A stretch of DNA of 64,000 nucleotides from an uncultured Solirubrobacteraceae bacterium (GCA_963703205.1 OY969799.1:2228032-2292031); one strand, 5' to 3'. Positions 10,103-20,579 are shown, counted from the first letter of the stretch. Numbers and translations are program-made. The notes: generated by a model not told the origin, from the letters alone.

Positions 10103-11839
10103 ATGAACAGACAACCGTCCGCGCCCGCGCGCGCGGAGGAAACGGTCGTCGCCGCGCCCGCCGAGGCCGACGGCCACACGATCGCGCTGGGGGCCGAAGC
10201 GCTGCTGCGTGAGCACCCGACCGCCCAGGTGTGCGCGCTGGCGGGCAACGGCCTGATCGTCCCGGTGCCGAAAAGCGTCGGCCTGTGGGGGCAGGGACTG
10301 ATCGAGGGCCGCGCGCTGATCGACAACGTCATCGCCGCGGACCGCACCGCCGTGGTGCGTCTCTGGATCAAGTCCCAGGCCGAGGGGGCCGCCGCGACCA
10401 AAGTGCGAATGCTGGCCAGCCCGAACAGGTGGTCGACGCTTCACTTCCTCGACCTGCGCGAAGTGCACGGCGTGTTCCTCGGCGTGATCCTGCCGAGCAA
10501 CGAGGACGCCGAGGACGCGCCGGAGGAGGTGCACGGGTCCAACGCCGCGCCGCGTTTCTGCACCCTCACCGAGGACGAGGGGGCGCGCGTCGTAGCCGCC
10601 GACCCCGCCTTCACCGAGATGTTCGGATACACCGAGGGGGAGCTGCTCGGCAAGTCGGTGCTCGACCAGATCCACCCCGATGACCAGGGCCGCGCCGTGG
10701 AGGGGTGGCTTGCCGTGATCTCCAGCAACCATGCCCAGCAGACGCGGCTGCGCAGGCGGCGCAAGGACGGCTCCTACGTGTGGGTGGACACGACCCTGCA
10801 CAACTACCTCAACCACCCCGAACGCAACTGCGTGGTCGTCGAGCTGATCGACTGCTCCGCGGAGATGGCGGCCCAGGAGGCGCTGCACGAACACGAGGAG
10901 CTGCTGCGCAGTCTCACCGACGCGATGCCGGTGGGGCTGCTGCAAATCGACACCGAGGGCGACGTCGTCTACAACAACGCCTGTCTGCTGGAGATCCTCT
11001 ACGGCAGCGAGCCCCTCACCGCCGCGGATGACCCGGACGAGGTTCAGGCGCTACACCGCGATGCTCCCGCCCCGGGTGCGCAGAGCGACGCCGGCGCCCC
11101 GGCGGTGACGACGCTGCTGCAGACGCTCACCGAGGAGAGCAAGACCACGTTCCGCGCGGTGCTCGGCGAGGTGCTCGGCCAAGGGGTCGACCGCGACGTC
11201 GAGGTCGACATCGAGTTGCCCGGCGGCACCTGGCGGCGCGCGCTGATGAGTCTCCGCGCGCTGATGCGCGCCACCGGCGAGGTCAGCGGCGCGATCACCT
11301 GCGTGCTCGACATCACCGACAAGGAGCGGGCGCGCCAGGAGCTCGAGCACCGGGCGACCTACGACACGCTGACCTACGCCTACAACCGCTCGTCGATCCT
11401 CAAGCTGCTCGAGGACCAGCTCGCGCGCGAGGACGGTGCACGCACCGGCGTCGTCTACGTGGACCTCGACAAGTTCAAGCCGGTCAACGACACGCTCGGC
11501 CACGCGGCGGGTGACGAACTGCTCGCGCTCGTCGCCGCGCGCCTGAAGAAGGCGAGCCGCGACAGCGATGTGCTCGGCCGCCTCGGCGGCGACGAGTTCC
11601 TGATCGTGCTGCGGGAGGTCCCCGGCGAGGACACCGCGATGCAGGTTGCCGAGCGGATCAGCGCGACGGTGTGCGGGCGCTTCGAGCTGGCCGCCGGCAC
11701 CGCCGATCTGCGCGCCTCGATCGGTGTCGCCTGCGGGGAGGCCGGCGGGATCGGCGCCGAGGAGCTCGTGCGCCGCGCGGACGCGGCCATGTACCGCTCC
11801 AAGAGCGAGGGGCGGGCTGCCCCTGTGCTCGCTGCCTAG
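10103..11839 (+). CDS. PAS-domain diguanylate cyclase
   Basis: PAS domains (FTEMFGYTEGELLGK, IHPDD); DLDKFKPVNDTLGHAAGD, RLGGDEF. Confidence 0.92.
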   Translation: MNRQPSAPARAEETVVAAPAEADGHTIALGAEALLREHPTAQVCALAGNGLIVPVPKSVGLWGQGLIEGRALIDNVIAADRTAVVRLWIKSQAEGAAATKVRMLASPNRWSTLHFLDLREVHGVFLGVILPSNEDAEDAPEEVHGSNAAPRFCTLTEDEGARVVAADPAFTEMFGYTEGELLGKSVLDQIHPDDQGRAVEGWLAVISSNHAQQTRLRRRRKDGSYVWVDTTLHNYLNHPERNCVVVELIDCSAEMAAQEALHEHEELLRSLTDAMPVGLLQIDTEGDVVYNNACLLEILYGSEPLTAADDPDEVQALHRDAPAPGAQSDAGAPAVTTLLQTLTEESKTTFRAVLGEVLGQGVDRDVEVDIELPGGTWRRALMSLRALMRATGEVSGAITCVLDITDKERARQELEHRATYDTLTYAYNRSSILKLLEDQLAREDGARTGVVYVDLDKFKPVNDTLGHAAGDELLALVAARLKKASRDSDVLGRLGGDEFLIVLREVPGEDTAMQVAERISATVCGRFELAAGTADLRASIGVACGEAGGIGAEELVRRADAAMYRSKSEGRAAPVLAA

Positions 11840-11880
11840 GCACTGCTCGTTCGAGAACGACGGAGAGCGCGGCCGCAACC

Positions 11881-11996
11881 CGCCGCGCTCCGAAACGACG
11901 AGAGCGCGGGAGCCCGGCCCGAAGGCCCAGCTCGCCGCGCTCCGAAACGACGAGAGCGCGGGAGCCCGGCCCGAAGGCCCAGCTCGCCGCGCTCTC
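11881..11996. repeat. 52-bp tandem duplication of a GC hairpin (probable bidirectional terminator)
   Basis: Units 11881-11932 and 11933-11984 identical; stem gagagcgcgg...ccgcgctctc; lies between convergent genes. Confidence 0.8.
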
Positions 11997-12014
11997 GATC
12001 AGGCTGCTATCCGA

Positions 12015-12779
12015 TCAGGCTTCTGCTTTTTCGGTTGTGAAGCCGAAGTCGCCGCCTTTGACCTGGAGTTCGTCCAGTTCGCCCGTGAAGTGGCCTTTCA
12101 GCTTGACCGTTTCTTCAGGGCCGCTTTCTTTGTTGGTCCCGCACGCTTTCGCGCTGCCCGCAGGGACTTCGTAAAGGAAGTGGTTGCTTTCCCAGTCGAT
12201 TTCAAGCTTTTCCTTGAAGCCCGACGGGTAGGTTTTGACCTTGGTCGTCGCTTCTTTTTCGGGGAAGTATTCGACGACTTCGTATTCGTGTTCGGGTTTT
12301 TTTTCGGCCTGGGTAGGCATCGACTGCTGCGGGATCACGATTTCGCAGACGCCGCCCTTCGATTTGACGTGAAGAGTGCTGCCTTTCACGATTTCCAGTT
12401 CGCCGGCAGCTTCGCCGACGTTGCCCGAACCGTTGGCACGGAATTCGATCGCGAACCCGGGCTGCACCTTGAACTTGACGTGTTCTTCGAAGCCCCCGGA
12501 GAGTTTCCGGACGCCTTCGCAGCCGCTGATCTTCAGCACGGCCAAGAAGTGCGTCGACCGTTCAGTCGGCATCTGGCCTTTGCTTTTGATCTTTGGGCAC
12601 GACCATTCCCATGCGCCGACTTTGAATTCGACGCTGCCCGACTTGCTGGTGACCGTCGCCGGCGTGGGGCTCGCTGTGAATTCCCCAAAGAACATTGGTT
12701 CCTTCGCGGAGGCCGTCGCTGCCATCGCGAAGAGCGCGATGGCGACTACGACAAGCGACGCGATGCTTGTCCTCTTCAT
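12015..12779 (-). CDS. secreted Lys/Glu-rich hypothetical protein
   Basis: Signal peptide MKRTSIASLVVVAIALFAMAATASA; RBS AGGAG; four Cys; more A-ending codons than neighbours. Confidence 0.85.
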   Translation of the reverse strand: MKRTSIASLVVVAIALFAMAATASAKEPMFFGEFTASPTPATVTSKSGSVEFKVGAWEWSCPKIKSKGQMPTERSTHFLAVLKISGCEGVRKLSGGFEEHVKFKVQPGFAIEFRANGSGNVGEAAGELEIVKGSTLHVKSKGGVCEIVIPQQSMPTQAEKKPEHEYEVVEYFPEKEATTKVKTYPSGFKEKLEIDWESNHFLYEVPAGSAKACGTNKESGPEETVKLKGHFTGELDELQVKGGDFGFTTEKAEA

Positions 12780-12973
12780 TCTCCTAAGTCCTCACTTTCG
12801 CCTTGCTGGAAAGGCTCGGCTCGACTGCGTTGTAAAAACGCGTCCCTGACCCATTGATTCTCTGGGCACCCCCTGTGGCCCCCCGAGACCGAGACTCGAT
12901 GGCGCGGAGCATACCATGAACGTGGGAGCCCAGCGCGACGTGCCCGCGACGTGCGGGATCCGCATAATGGAAC

Positions 12974-13747
12974 ATGAAGGCGCATGTCCGTCGCCGGCCC
13001 GGCGCGACAGCGCCCGAACAGCGATCCCCCGCTTGCCGCTGGCTATCCAGCCAGTCTACCATTGACAACCCGTTGGCATCAGCGCCCTCAACGCCCAGCC
13101 TTCGCCCCCCACACCGCAGGGCTTTTCTCGCGCTCGCCGCGCTTGCCGTGGCCGCGGGCCTCGCGATCGCCCTGCTGTCTCCCGGCGAACACTCACAGCG
13201 CTTCTTCGGCCCCGGCCACCACACGCTCGTCCAACTCGCCGCGAGGTACCTGGGCCTGCCGCCCGCGGAGATCCGCAGGCGCATGCGTGCGGGCGAAAGC
13301 CTCGGCGCGATCGCCGCGCAGACCGCCGGGCGCTCGCGCGCGGGCCTGCTCGAAGCTGCTTACCGCGCCCGCACAGCGAGGATCGAGCGGCGCCACCTCG
13401 CGCCGCCGCTGGAACGAGCCGCGCTGCGGGCCGCCCGGCGAATGCTGACGGTACAGCTCGACCGGCCCCCCTCCTCGACCGGCGTCGCGCGCATCGCCGC
13501 CCGCTACCTGGGGGTTGGCGAAGCGAAGCTCGCGCGGGAGCTCGCCGGGGGACGCACGCTTGCGACGATCGCGGACGCCACGCCGGCGCGCTCGAGCCGG
13601 GGACTGGTGGAAGCGATCGTGCTCGCGCGGCACGAGACGATCGAGCGCGCGCTCGCCGCGCACACGATCACCGCGGCGGAAGCGCGGCGGGAGTCGTCGA
13701 ACGTGCGCGCGCGGGCCGAGCGGCAGATCTCGCGCAGCCTGCCCTGA
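12974..13747 (+). CDS. membrane-anchored protein with two helical repeats
   Basis: TM helix then AARYLG...G.SL..IA repeated twice; start uncertain. Confidence 0.7.
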   Translation: MKAHVRRRPGATAPEQRSPACRWLSSQSTIDNPLASAPSTPSLRPPHRRAFLALAALAVAAGLAIALLSPGEHSQRFFGPGHHTLVQLAARYLGLPPAEIRRRMRAGESLGAIAAQTAGRSRAGLLEAAYRARTARIERRHLAPPLERAALRAARRMLTVQLDRPPSSTGVARIAARYLGVGEAKLARELAGGRTLATIADATPARSSRGLVEAIVLARHETIERALAAHTITAAEARRESSNVRARAERQISRSLP

Positions 13748-13766
13748 ACCGGCTCTGCCGTCGCCG

Positions 13767-15203
13767 CTAGTAGGGGGAGATCGGCGGGCCCTCGAAGGTG
13801 GCGCCGCCCGGGCTGCGCCAGCGCACGCGCCACTGCAGGTAGCGCCCGCCCGTTTGCAGCGTCCAGTAGCCCCCGGCGTTCGTTCTGACATGAGCAATCG
13901 GTTGGAAGCCCGATGCGCCCGAGCCGCGAGCGAGCACGGTCAGCCGAGTCGGGCCGCCGGCCGGTCTGACCAGGCCCCACAGTGCGAAGCCGCTCCCGCG
14001 CGGGGAGACTGTCAGCGGCAGCCGCCAGCCGTCATACAGCGGCTTGTGGGCCCCGTTGGAGTACTCCAGTCCGGTCTGGAAGCCGACTGTGCCGCCTCGG
14101 GCGCTCGACCCAGGGGCGCCGCCGAGGGGATCGTCCTTCAGCAGATACTGCGAGAAGCCGGCGACGCGCGGGTCGTCCCACGCGATGCGCTCGGCGACGG
14201 CGTCGTACACCGCCTGCGTGGAGACGGGCACTCCGAGCCGGGTGTTCGGATAGCTCTGGACGCCGTACTCGGTGAGGTAGATCGGCACGCCGCGCGGGAT
14301 CGCGTGGGCCGCCGCGGAGCGTTCGAGCGCCGCGGACAGGCGGGAGAGCGATCCGATCGTCACGTCGTCGCTCTCGGGCGGCACCCAGTTGGGCCCGACC
14401 GCCTTCGTGTAGGGGTGGTCGGCGAAGCCGGCGATGTGCAGCTCGCTGCAGTTGCCGGCGCGGCGGTAGCGCGAGTCGAGGCAGAAGGCCGAGCGCATGA
14501 AGGCCAACGGGGCGACCGCGTGCAGCACGCCTTCGCGCGCGGGCGAGACGTGGTCGTAGCCGACCGGCGCGGTCTCTCCGAAGAGCACGCGCGGGTGCTT
14601 GATGCCGCCGGCCTGCAGCCCGGCGTAGGCCGCCTCGAACAGGCCCCGGTAGATCGAGGGGGAGGCCGGCGTCCCGTTCGGGTTCCACTGGGGCAGCAGG
14701 AAGGCGGGATGGTTCGGCTCGTTCCAGATCGAGTAGAGCGAGACCGAGGTCGAGAACTCGCGGGCGACGGCGGTCATGAACTGACGGAAGTCCGCGGCGC
14801 TCGGTCGCGTCACGTAGGGCGCTCGCCGGTTCGCTGTCGCCCAGCGGGGAGCAGGCGCCGTGACCGTCAGCAGCACGGGCCAGTGCAGCGCCTTGGCGCG
14901 CGCGAGGACCGTCGCATACGGGCCCCATGCGTAGGCAGCCGGGTCGGTCGCGTCGAAATGGGGCGTGCGCGCGCTCGAGGGACGCGGCGCGACCGACGCC
15001 CACGGCAGCTCGAGCCGCAGCGCCTGGACGCCGAGGCTGCGCAGCTGCGCGAAGGTCGCCGCCTGGTGGCGCGGCTGGAGGATCACGCTCCCCGCCTCGA
15101 AGAACGTCAGCTGCCCATGCGAGGCGGCGGCCGGGGTTGCGGCGGCGCCGGCGAGGGCGGCGGTCGTCGAGAGGATCGCGAGCAGTCGGCGCACCCGGCT
15201 CAT
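13767..15203 (-). CDS. secreted clan GH-A glycoside hydrolase (GH5/GH39-like)
   Basis: Signal peptide; IWNEPN acid/base and IYLTEYG nucleophile motifs. Confidence 0.8.
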   Translation of the reverse strand: MSRVRRLLAILSTTAALAGAAATPAAASHGQLTFFEAGSVILQPRHQAATFAQLRSLGVQALRLELPWASVAPRPSSARTPHFDATDPAAYAWGPYATVLARAKALHWPVLLTVTAPAPRWATANRRAPYVTRPSAADFRQFMTAVAREFSTSVSLYSIWNEPNHPAFLLPQWNPNGTPASPSIYRGLFEAAYAGLQAGGIKHPRVLFGETAPVGYDHVSPAREGVLHAVAPLAFMRSAFCLDSRYRRAGNCSELHIAGFADHPYTKAVGPNWVPPESDDVTIGSLSRLSAALERSAAAHAIPRGVPIYLTEYGVQSYPNTRLGVPVSTQAVYDAVAERIAWDDPRVAGFSQYLLKDDPLGGAPGSSARGGTVGFQTGLEYSNGAHKPLYDGWRLPLTVSPRGSGFALWGLVRPAGGPTRLTVLARGSGASGFQPIAHVRTNAGGYWTLQTGGRYLQWRVRWRSPGGATFEGPPISPY

Positions 15204-15335
15204 GCTGGCAGCCGGCGGCGCCGGGGCCAAGTCGGAACCGTGACTGCATTCGCTGTCCGCCTCCGATCGCGGAATTGAGCCAGGCGCCGTGCGATTGCCG
15301 CACCGCTGGTCTGGCTCTGCGAAGGCGCTCCCGTA

Positions 15336-15409
<74 letters not shown>

Positions 15410-15452
15410 AGAGCGTGAGAGTCTAACGCCGACCGAGGGGCCCGCCCGGCCC

Positions 15453-16673
15453 TCAGGCCGCGACGCGCTCGAAGATCGCGGCCAGCCCCTGTCCGCCGCC
15501 GATGCACATCGTCTCCAGCCCGTAGCGGACCTCGCGGCGCTCCATCTCGCGGAGCATCGTCGTGAGGATCCGGGCTCCGGTCGCGCCGACGGGATGGCCC
15601 AGCGAGATGCCCGAGCCGTTCACGTTGAGCCGCTCGAAGCCGTCCGGAAGATCCCACTCCCGAAGCACCGCCAGCACCTGCGCCGCGAATGCCTCGTTGA
15701 GCTCGATCAGCCCCATGTCCTGGAGCGACAGGCCCGCCAGCGACATCGCGCGCTCCGTCGCGGGGACGGGGCCGATGCCCATCGTCGCCGGCGGGACGCC
15801 CGCCGCCGACCAGGCGACCAGGCGACCGAGCGGGCGCAGCCCGAGCTCGCGAGCCCGCTCCGGGTGCGTGACGACGCAGACGGCGGCGCCGTCGTTCTGG
15901 CCGCTGGCATTGCCGGCCGTCACCGTCGACTCCGGGTCGTCTCGCGACATCACCGCGCGCAGCTTCGCCAGCGACTCGAGACTCGCGTCGGCACGCGGAT
16001 GCTCGTCGAGGGTCACGGGCTCGCCGCGCGGCACCGGCACCGGCACGATCTCCTCGGCAAAGCGCCCGTCCTGCTGCGCGGCGACGGCGCGGCGGTGCGA
16101 GAGCAGCGCCAGCTCGTCCTGCTGCTCGCGGGGGATCGAGTACTCGCGCCTGAGGTTCTCCGCCGTTTCGAGCATGCCGCCGGGCACGGGGTGGTTGACG
16201 CCGCCCGCGGTCACGCGGCCGCGCGCCAGCCGGTCCTCCAGCTTCACGCCGCCGGTCCCCTTGATCCCCCAGCGCATGCCCATCGCGTAGAACTCGGTCT
16301 GGCTCATGCTCTCGACGCCGCCGGCCAAGATCACGTCGGCGGCGCCGGTCTGCACACGCATGCAGCCATCAATCACGGCCTGCAGCGCCGAACCGCAGCG
16401 ACGATCGATCTGCACGCCCGGCACGTGCACCGGCAGGCCCGCGTCGAGCGCGGCGACGCGCCCGATCGCGGGCGCCTCCCCGTTCGGAGAGCACTGCCCG
16501 AGAACCACGTCGTCGACGTCCTCCCCGTTCAGACCGGTACGCGCCACCACCTCCCTGATCACCGTCGAGGCGAGCGTCGCCGCGTCCACGTCGCGCAGCA
16601 CCCCGCCGAAGCGCCCGACCGGCGTCCGCAGCGGTTCGCACACGACGGCTTCGCGCAAGCCGTTCGAGCTCAC
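15453..16673 (-). CDS. acetyl-CoA C-acetyltransferase (thiolase)
   Basis: RTPVG, IDRRCGSAL, NEAFAAQ, GHPVGATG, CIGGGQG. Confidence 0.95.
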   Translation of the reverse strand: MSSNGLREAVVCEPLRTPVGRFGGVLRDVDAATLASTVIREVVARTGLNGEDVDDVVLGQCSPNGEAPAIGRVAALDAGLPVHVPGVQIDRRCGSALQAVIDGCMRVQTGAADVILAGGVESMSQTEFYAMGMRWGIKGTGGVKLEDRLARGRVTAGGVNHPVPGGMLETAENLRREYSIPREQQDELALLSHRRAVAAQQDGRFAEEIVPVPVPRGEPVTLDEHPRADASLESLAKLRAVMSRDDPESTVTAGNASGQNDGAAVCVVTHPERARELGLRPLGRLVAWSAAGVPPATMGIGPVPATERAMSLAGLSLQDMGLIELNEAFAAQVLAVLREWDLPDGFERLNVNGSGISLGHPVGATGARILTTMLREMERREVRYGLETMCIGGGQGLAAIFERVAA

Positions 16674-16933
16674 ACGCCGCCCTTCCCGCAGTTGTGCCTC
16701 GTGCTCACGGCGAGCAGTCTACGAGGCGCGCCGTGCGAGGCGGATTCGCCACTGCCCGGCACCGGCGAGCAGACGCTGTCGGCGTCGGCTCGACCGCCGC
16801 GGCCCGACTGCGAACGGGCTTCGCCTGCTCCGCGCCAGACCCCGGCTCACGCTCTACCTCGACGTGCGCGTGCGCGCGCGAGGCCGGGCGCTGCTCACCC
16901 GCCGCTGGCGTCTCAGGCTCTCGTCCTGAGCAA

Positions 16934-17022
16934 CGGAGAGGGAGGGATTCGAACCCTCGAACGAGGTTTCCCCCGTTACGCGATTTCCAGTCGCGCCCGT
17001 TCAACCGCTCCGGCACCTCTCC
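16934..17022 (-). tRNA. tRNA-Ser(GGA)
   Basis: GGAGAGGTGCCGGAGCGGTTGAACGGG...CT-GGA-AA, long variable arm, GGTTCGAATCC. Confidence 0.97.
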
Positions 17023-17107
17023 TGGCGCTGCGGGACGAGCGTTCGCCCCGGGCGGACGCGTCTAAGGCTACGACACCGGGCGCGGGCGCCGCTGGTAGGC
17101 TCCGCCC

Positions 17108-17278
17108 ATGATCCTCGCGGCAAGCCCGGCATTCGAAAAGACGTTCGGGCTCATCGTCACCTTCGGCGGCATCGGCGTGATCGTCAACTTGATCATCGTC
17201 TACATCCTCATCCAGGTCCGCGGTGAGCGTCGCCAGAACGAGGAGTACCTCCGCTCGCGCAAGCCGCCGGGCGCCTGA
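17108..17278 (+). CDS. 56-aa single-TM small protein (below ORF-track cutoff)
   Basis: MILAASPAFEKTFGLIVTFGGIGVIVNLIIVYILIQVRGERRQNEEYLRSRKPPGA; GC3-biased codons. Confidence 0.7.
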   Translation: MILAASPAFEKTFGLIVTFGGIGVIVNLIIVYILIQVRGERRQNEEYLRSRKPPGA

Positions 17279-17416
17279 CCCTGACGCCCTGACGCAGGCG
17301 GCGGCGCATGATCCGCGCCCGTACCCGCCGCGCAGAACGCCGACGCGCCGAGGCTCGTGCTCGTGGGCCCCGGCCATGGCCGTCGGCGGCAAGAGCGCAG
17401 CTCGCTGTCCATATTC

Positions 17417-17444
17417 TTGACAGAGGGCGCCCGTCTTGTAAACT
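17417..17444 (+). promoter_or_regulatory. housekeeping-type promoter of alkB overlapping an imperfect inverted repeat (candidate TetR operator)
   Basis: TTGACA-N16-TAAACT; dyad TTGACAGA-GGGCGCCC-GTCTTGTAAA. Confidence 0.6.
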
Positions 17445-17491
17445 GCGTGGAGAGGGAGCCACCCGAGCCCCCGTAATCAGGAGGTTCGCAG

Positions 17492-18709
17492 TTGTCAGCC
17501 GCCGCCCCGTCCTCAGCCGCCGTCCCGGACGCCGCCCTTCCGGCTACCGCGGCGGCCGCGTCGAGCCGTGCGGGCGATCTGCCGGCCGCCACCTGGCGCG
17601 ACCCCAAGCGCCACGCCTGGCTGCTCGGGCTGGTCGTGCCGTCGCTGCCGTTCGTCACCTGGGGGCTGGTCGAAGCCAGCGGCCTCGGCGTCCTCTGGTT
17701 CTTCGGTCCGGTGCTCGTGTTCGGGATCTTTCCGCTGCTCGACCTGTGGATCGGGATGGACGCCCGCAACCCGCCCGACGGAGTCATCAAGTGGCTCGAG
17801 CAGGACCGCTACTACCGCTGGTGCACCTACCTGTACCTCCCTCTGCAGTACGCCGGGCTCGTCCTCGCCTGCTGGATGTTCTCCCGGCCGAGCCTGTCGG
17901 TCCTCGACAAGCTCGGCCTCGCGCTCACGGTCGCCATGGTCAGCGGGATCGCGATCAACACGGCTCACGAGCTCGGACACAAGCGCGACTCGCTGGAGCG
18001 CTGGCTGAGCCGCGTCGCGCTCGCGCAGAGCGGCTACGGCCATTTCTTCATCGAGCACAACCGCGGCCACCACGTGCGCGTCGCCACGCCGGAGGACCCC
18101 GCCAGCTCCCGTCTCGGCGAGTCCTTCTACCGCTTCCTGCCGCGCACGGTCGCCGGCAGCCTGCGCTCGGCGTGGGAGCTCGAGCGCACGCGCCTGGCCA
18201 GGCTCGGCAGCTCGCCCTGGACGCGCCGCAACGACATCCTCACCGCATGGGCGATGACCGTCGTGCTGTTCGGCGTGCTCGCGGCGGTGTTCGGTGCCGG
18301 CATCCTGCCCTATCTCGTGCTCCAGGCCGTCGTCGGCTTCTGCCTGCTCGAGGTCGTCAACTACCTCGAGCACTACGGCCTGATGCGCCGGCACCGCGAG
18401 GACGGCCGCTACGAGCGAACCCGCCCCGAGCACAGCTGGAACAGCAACAGCGCCGCCTCCAACGTGCTCCTCTACCACCTGCAGCGCCACTCCGATCACC
18501 ACGCCAACCCGGTCCGCCGCTACCAGGCGCTGCGCCATGTCGAGGAGGCTCCGCAGCTGCCGACCGGCTACGCCGGGATGATCGTCTGCGCGCTGCTGCC
18601 GCCGCTGTGGCGGCGGGTGATGGACGATCGCGTCCTGGAGCACTACGACGGGGACGCCTCGCGCGCGAACCTCTACGCGCCCGCCCGCAACCGCTACCTG
18701 CACTCATGA
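17492..18709 (+). CDS. alkB: alkane 1-monooxygenase AlkB
   Basis: HELGHK, EHNRGHH, NYLEHYGL, LQRHSDHHA His boxes. Confidence 0.97.
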   Translation: MSAAAPSSAAVPDAALPATAAAASSRAGDLPAATWRDPKRHAWLLGLVVPSLPFVTWGLVEASGLGVLWFFGPVLVFGIFPLLDLWIGMDARNPPDGVIKWLEQDRYYRWCTYLYLPLQYAGLVLACWMFSRPSLSVLDKLGLALTVAMVSGIAINTAHELGHKRDSLERWLSRVALAQSGYGHFFIEHNRGHHVRVATPEDPASSRLGESFYRFLPRTVAGSLRSAWELERTRLARLGSSPWTRRNDILTAWAMTVVLFGVLAAVFGAGILPYLVLQAVVGFCLLEVVNYLEHYGLMRRHREDGRYERTRPEHSWNSNSAASNVLLYHLQRHSDHHANPVRRYQALRHVEEAPQLPTGYAGMIVCALLPPLWRRVMDDRVLEHYDGDASRANLYAPARNRYLHS

Positions 18710-18747
18710 TCTACGCGCCCGCCCGCAACCACTACCTGCACTCATGA
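18672..18747 (+). repeat. 38-bp tandem duplication of the alkB 3' end
   Basis: tctacgcgcccgcccgcaacc(g/a)ctacctgcactcatga x2, one mismatch. Confidence 0.92.
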
Positions 18748-18908
18748 GCCGCTTCCGTTGTCCGGGCTGCGGCTATGAGTTCGACGAGGACGCCGGCCAC
18801 CCCCGCGAGGGCTTTCCGCCCGGGACCGCCTGGAGCGAGGTTCCCGACGATTGGGCGTGCCCGGACTGCGGCGTGCGCGACAAGGTCGACTTCGAGCCCG
18901 CGGACTGA
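18744..18908 (+). CDS. rubA: rubredoxin (RubA/AlkG1-type)
   Basis: MSRFRCPGCGYEFDEDAGHPREGFPPGTAWSEVPDDWACPDCGVRDKVDF; two CxxC; not in ORF track. Confidence 0.93.
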   Translation: MSRFRCPGCGYEFDEDAGHPREGFPPGTAWSEVPDDWACPDCGVRDKVDFEPAD

Positions 18909-19040
18909 ACGGCGCGAGCGCGTGGCGCCTCGCAGCACCTCTCGTCGCGAACGCGCGCTAAGGTCGAGGCTCGCTGCGGGACCAACGAGGGCGAAGTCAC
19001 GCCCTGCAGCGAGTTCCGAACCCGCTTCACGAGATAGAGC

Positions 19041-19664
19041 ATGTCAGCCGCGCCACAACGAGTCCCCTACTCCGTAGCCGCCCGGGAGCTGCTCCGCAAC
19101 ACGCTGCTGGACGCGGCGTGCCACGAGCTGGACTCGCGCCATTGGGTTGACGTCACGATGGCCGACATCGCGGTCGCGGCGGGTGTCAGCCGCCAGACTC
19201 TCTACAAGGAGTTCGGCTCGCGCGAGGAGTTCGCGCAGGTGCTCGTGATACGCGAGGCCGAACGCTTCCTCGACGCCGTCGAGCACGCCGTGCTGCGCCA
19301 CCGCGACGACCCGAAGAAGGCGCTCGCCGCGGCCTTCGACCTGTTCCTGACCTCGGCCGCGGAGAACCCGCTGCTGCGGGCGATCGTGCTCGAGGAGGGG
19401 GCCGAGGAGCTGCTCGCGCTGCTCACGACCCAGGGCAAGCCGCTGGTCGGGCGCGCCGCCGACCGCCTCGCCGCCGTCGTCATCGCCGGCTGGCCCCTGA
19501 TCCAGCGAGGCGACGCGGAGCTGCTCTCGGACGTGCTCGTGCGACTCGCGATCAGCTACGCGGCGCTGCCCAAGGGCGACGCGAGCGCGACCGCGGCTGC
19601 GGTCTCGAGCCTGTTCGAGCCCTACGTCGAGAAGCTCGTCAGAGGCGCCGCGGGTCCTTCCTGA
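19041..19664 (+). CDS. TetR-family regulator, AlkX-like
   Basis: VTMADIAVAAGVSRQTLYKEFGSR; position after alkB-rub. Confidence 0.88.
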   Translation: MSAAPQRVPYSVAARELLRNTLLDAACHELDSRHWVDVTMADIAVAAGVSRQTLYKEFGSREEFAQVLVIREAERFLDAVEHAVLRHRDDPKKALAAAFDLFLTSAAENPLLRAIVLEEGAEELLALLTTQGKPLVGRAADRLAAVVIAGWPLIQRGDAELLSDVLVRLAISYAALPKGDASATAAAVSSLFEPYVEKLVRGAAGPS

Positions 19665-19718
19665 CGCGGCCGTGCGCGCCCGGCCCGGGTCCAGGACGCG
19701 GCCGGCCCGCGCCCCGGC

Positions 19719-20571
<853 letters not shown>

Positions 20572-20579
<8 letters not shown>

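Noticed and set aside
11881-11996. Repeats as a CRISPR array (also considered for 30601 and 59488)
   Set aside because: No unique spacers, only 2-3 units, no cas genes.
12780-12905. c-di-GMP riboswitch in the leader near the diguanylate cyclase
   Set aside because: The conserved GEMM motifs were not recognisable by eye.
16700-16929. Arg-rich plus-strand frame beside the tRNA-Ser 3' end resembling a secreted-protein tail
   Set aside because: No start or recognisable domain; cannot be told apart from random GC-rich sequence by eye.
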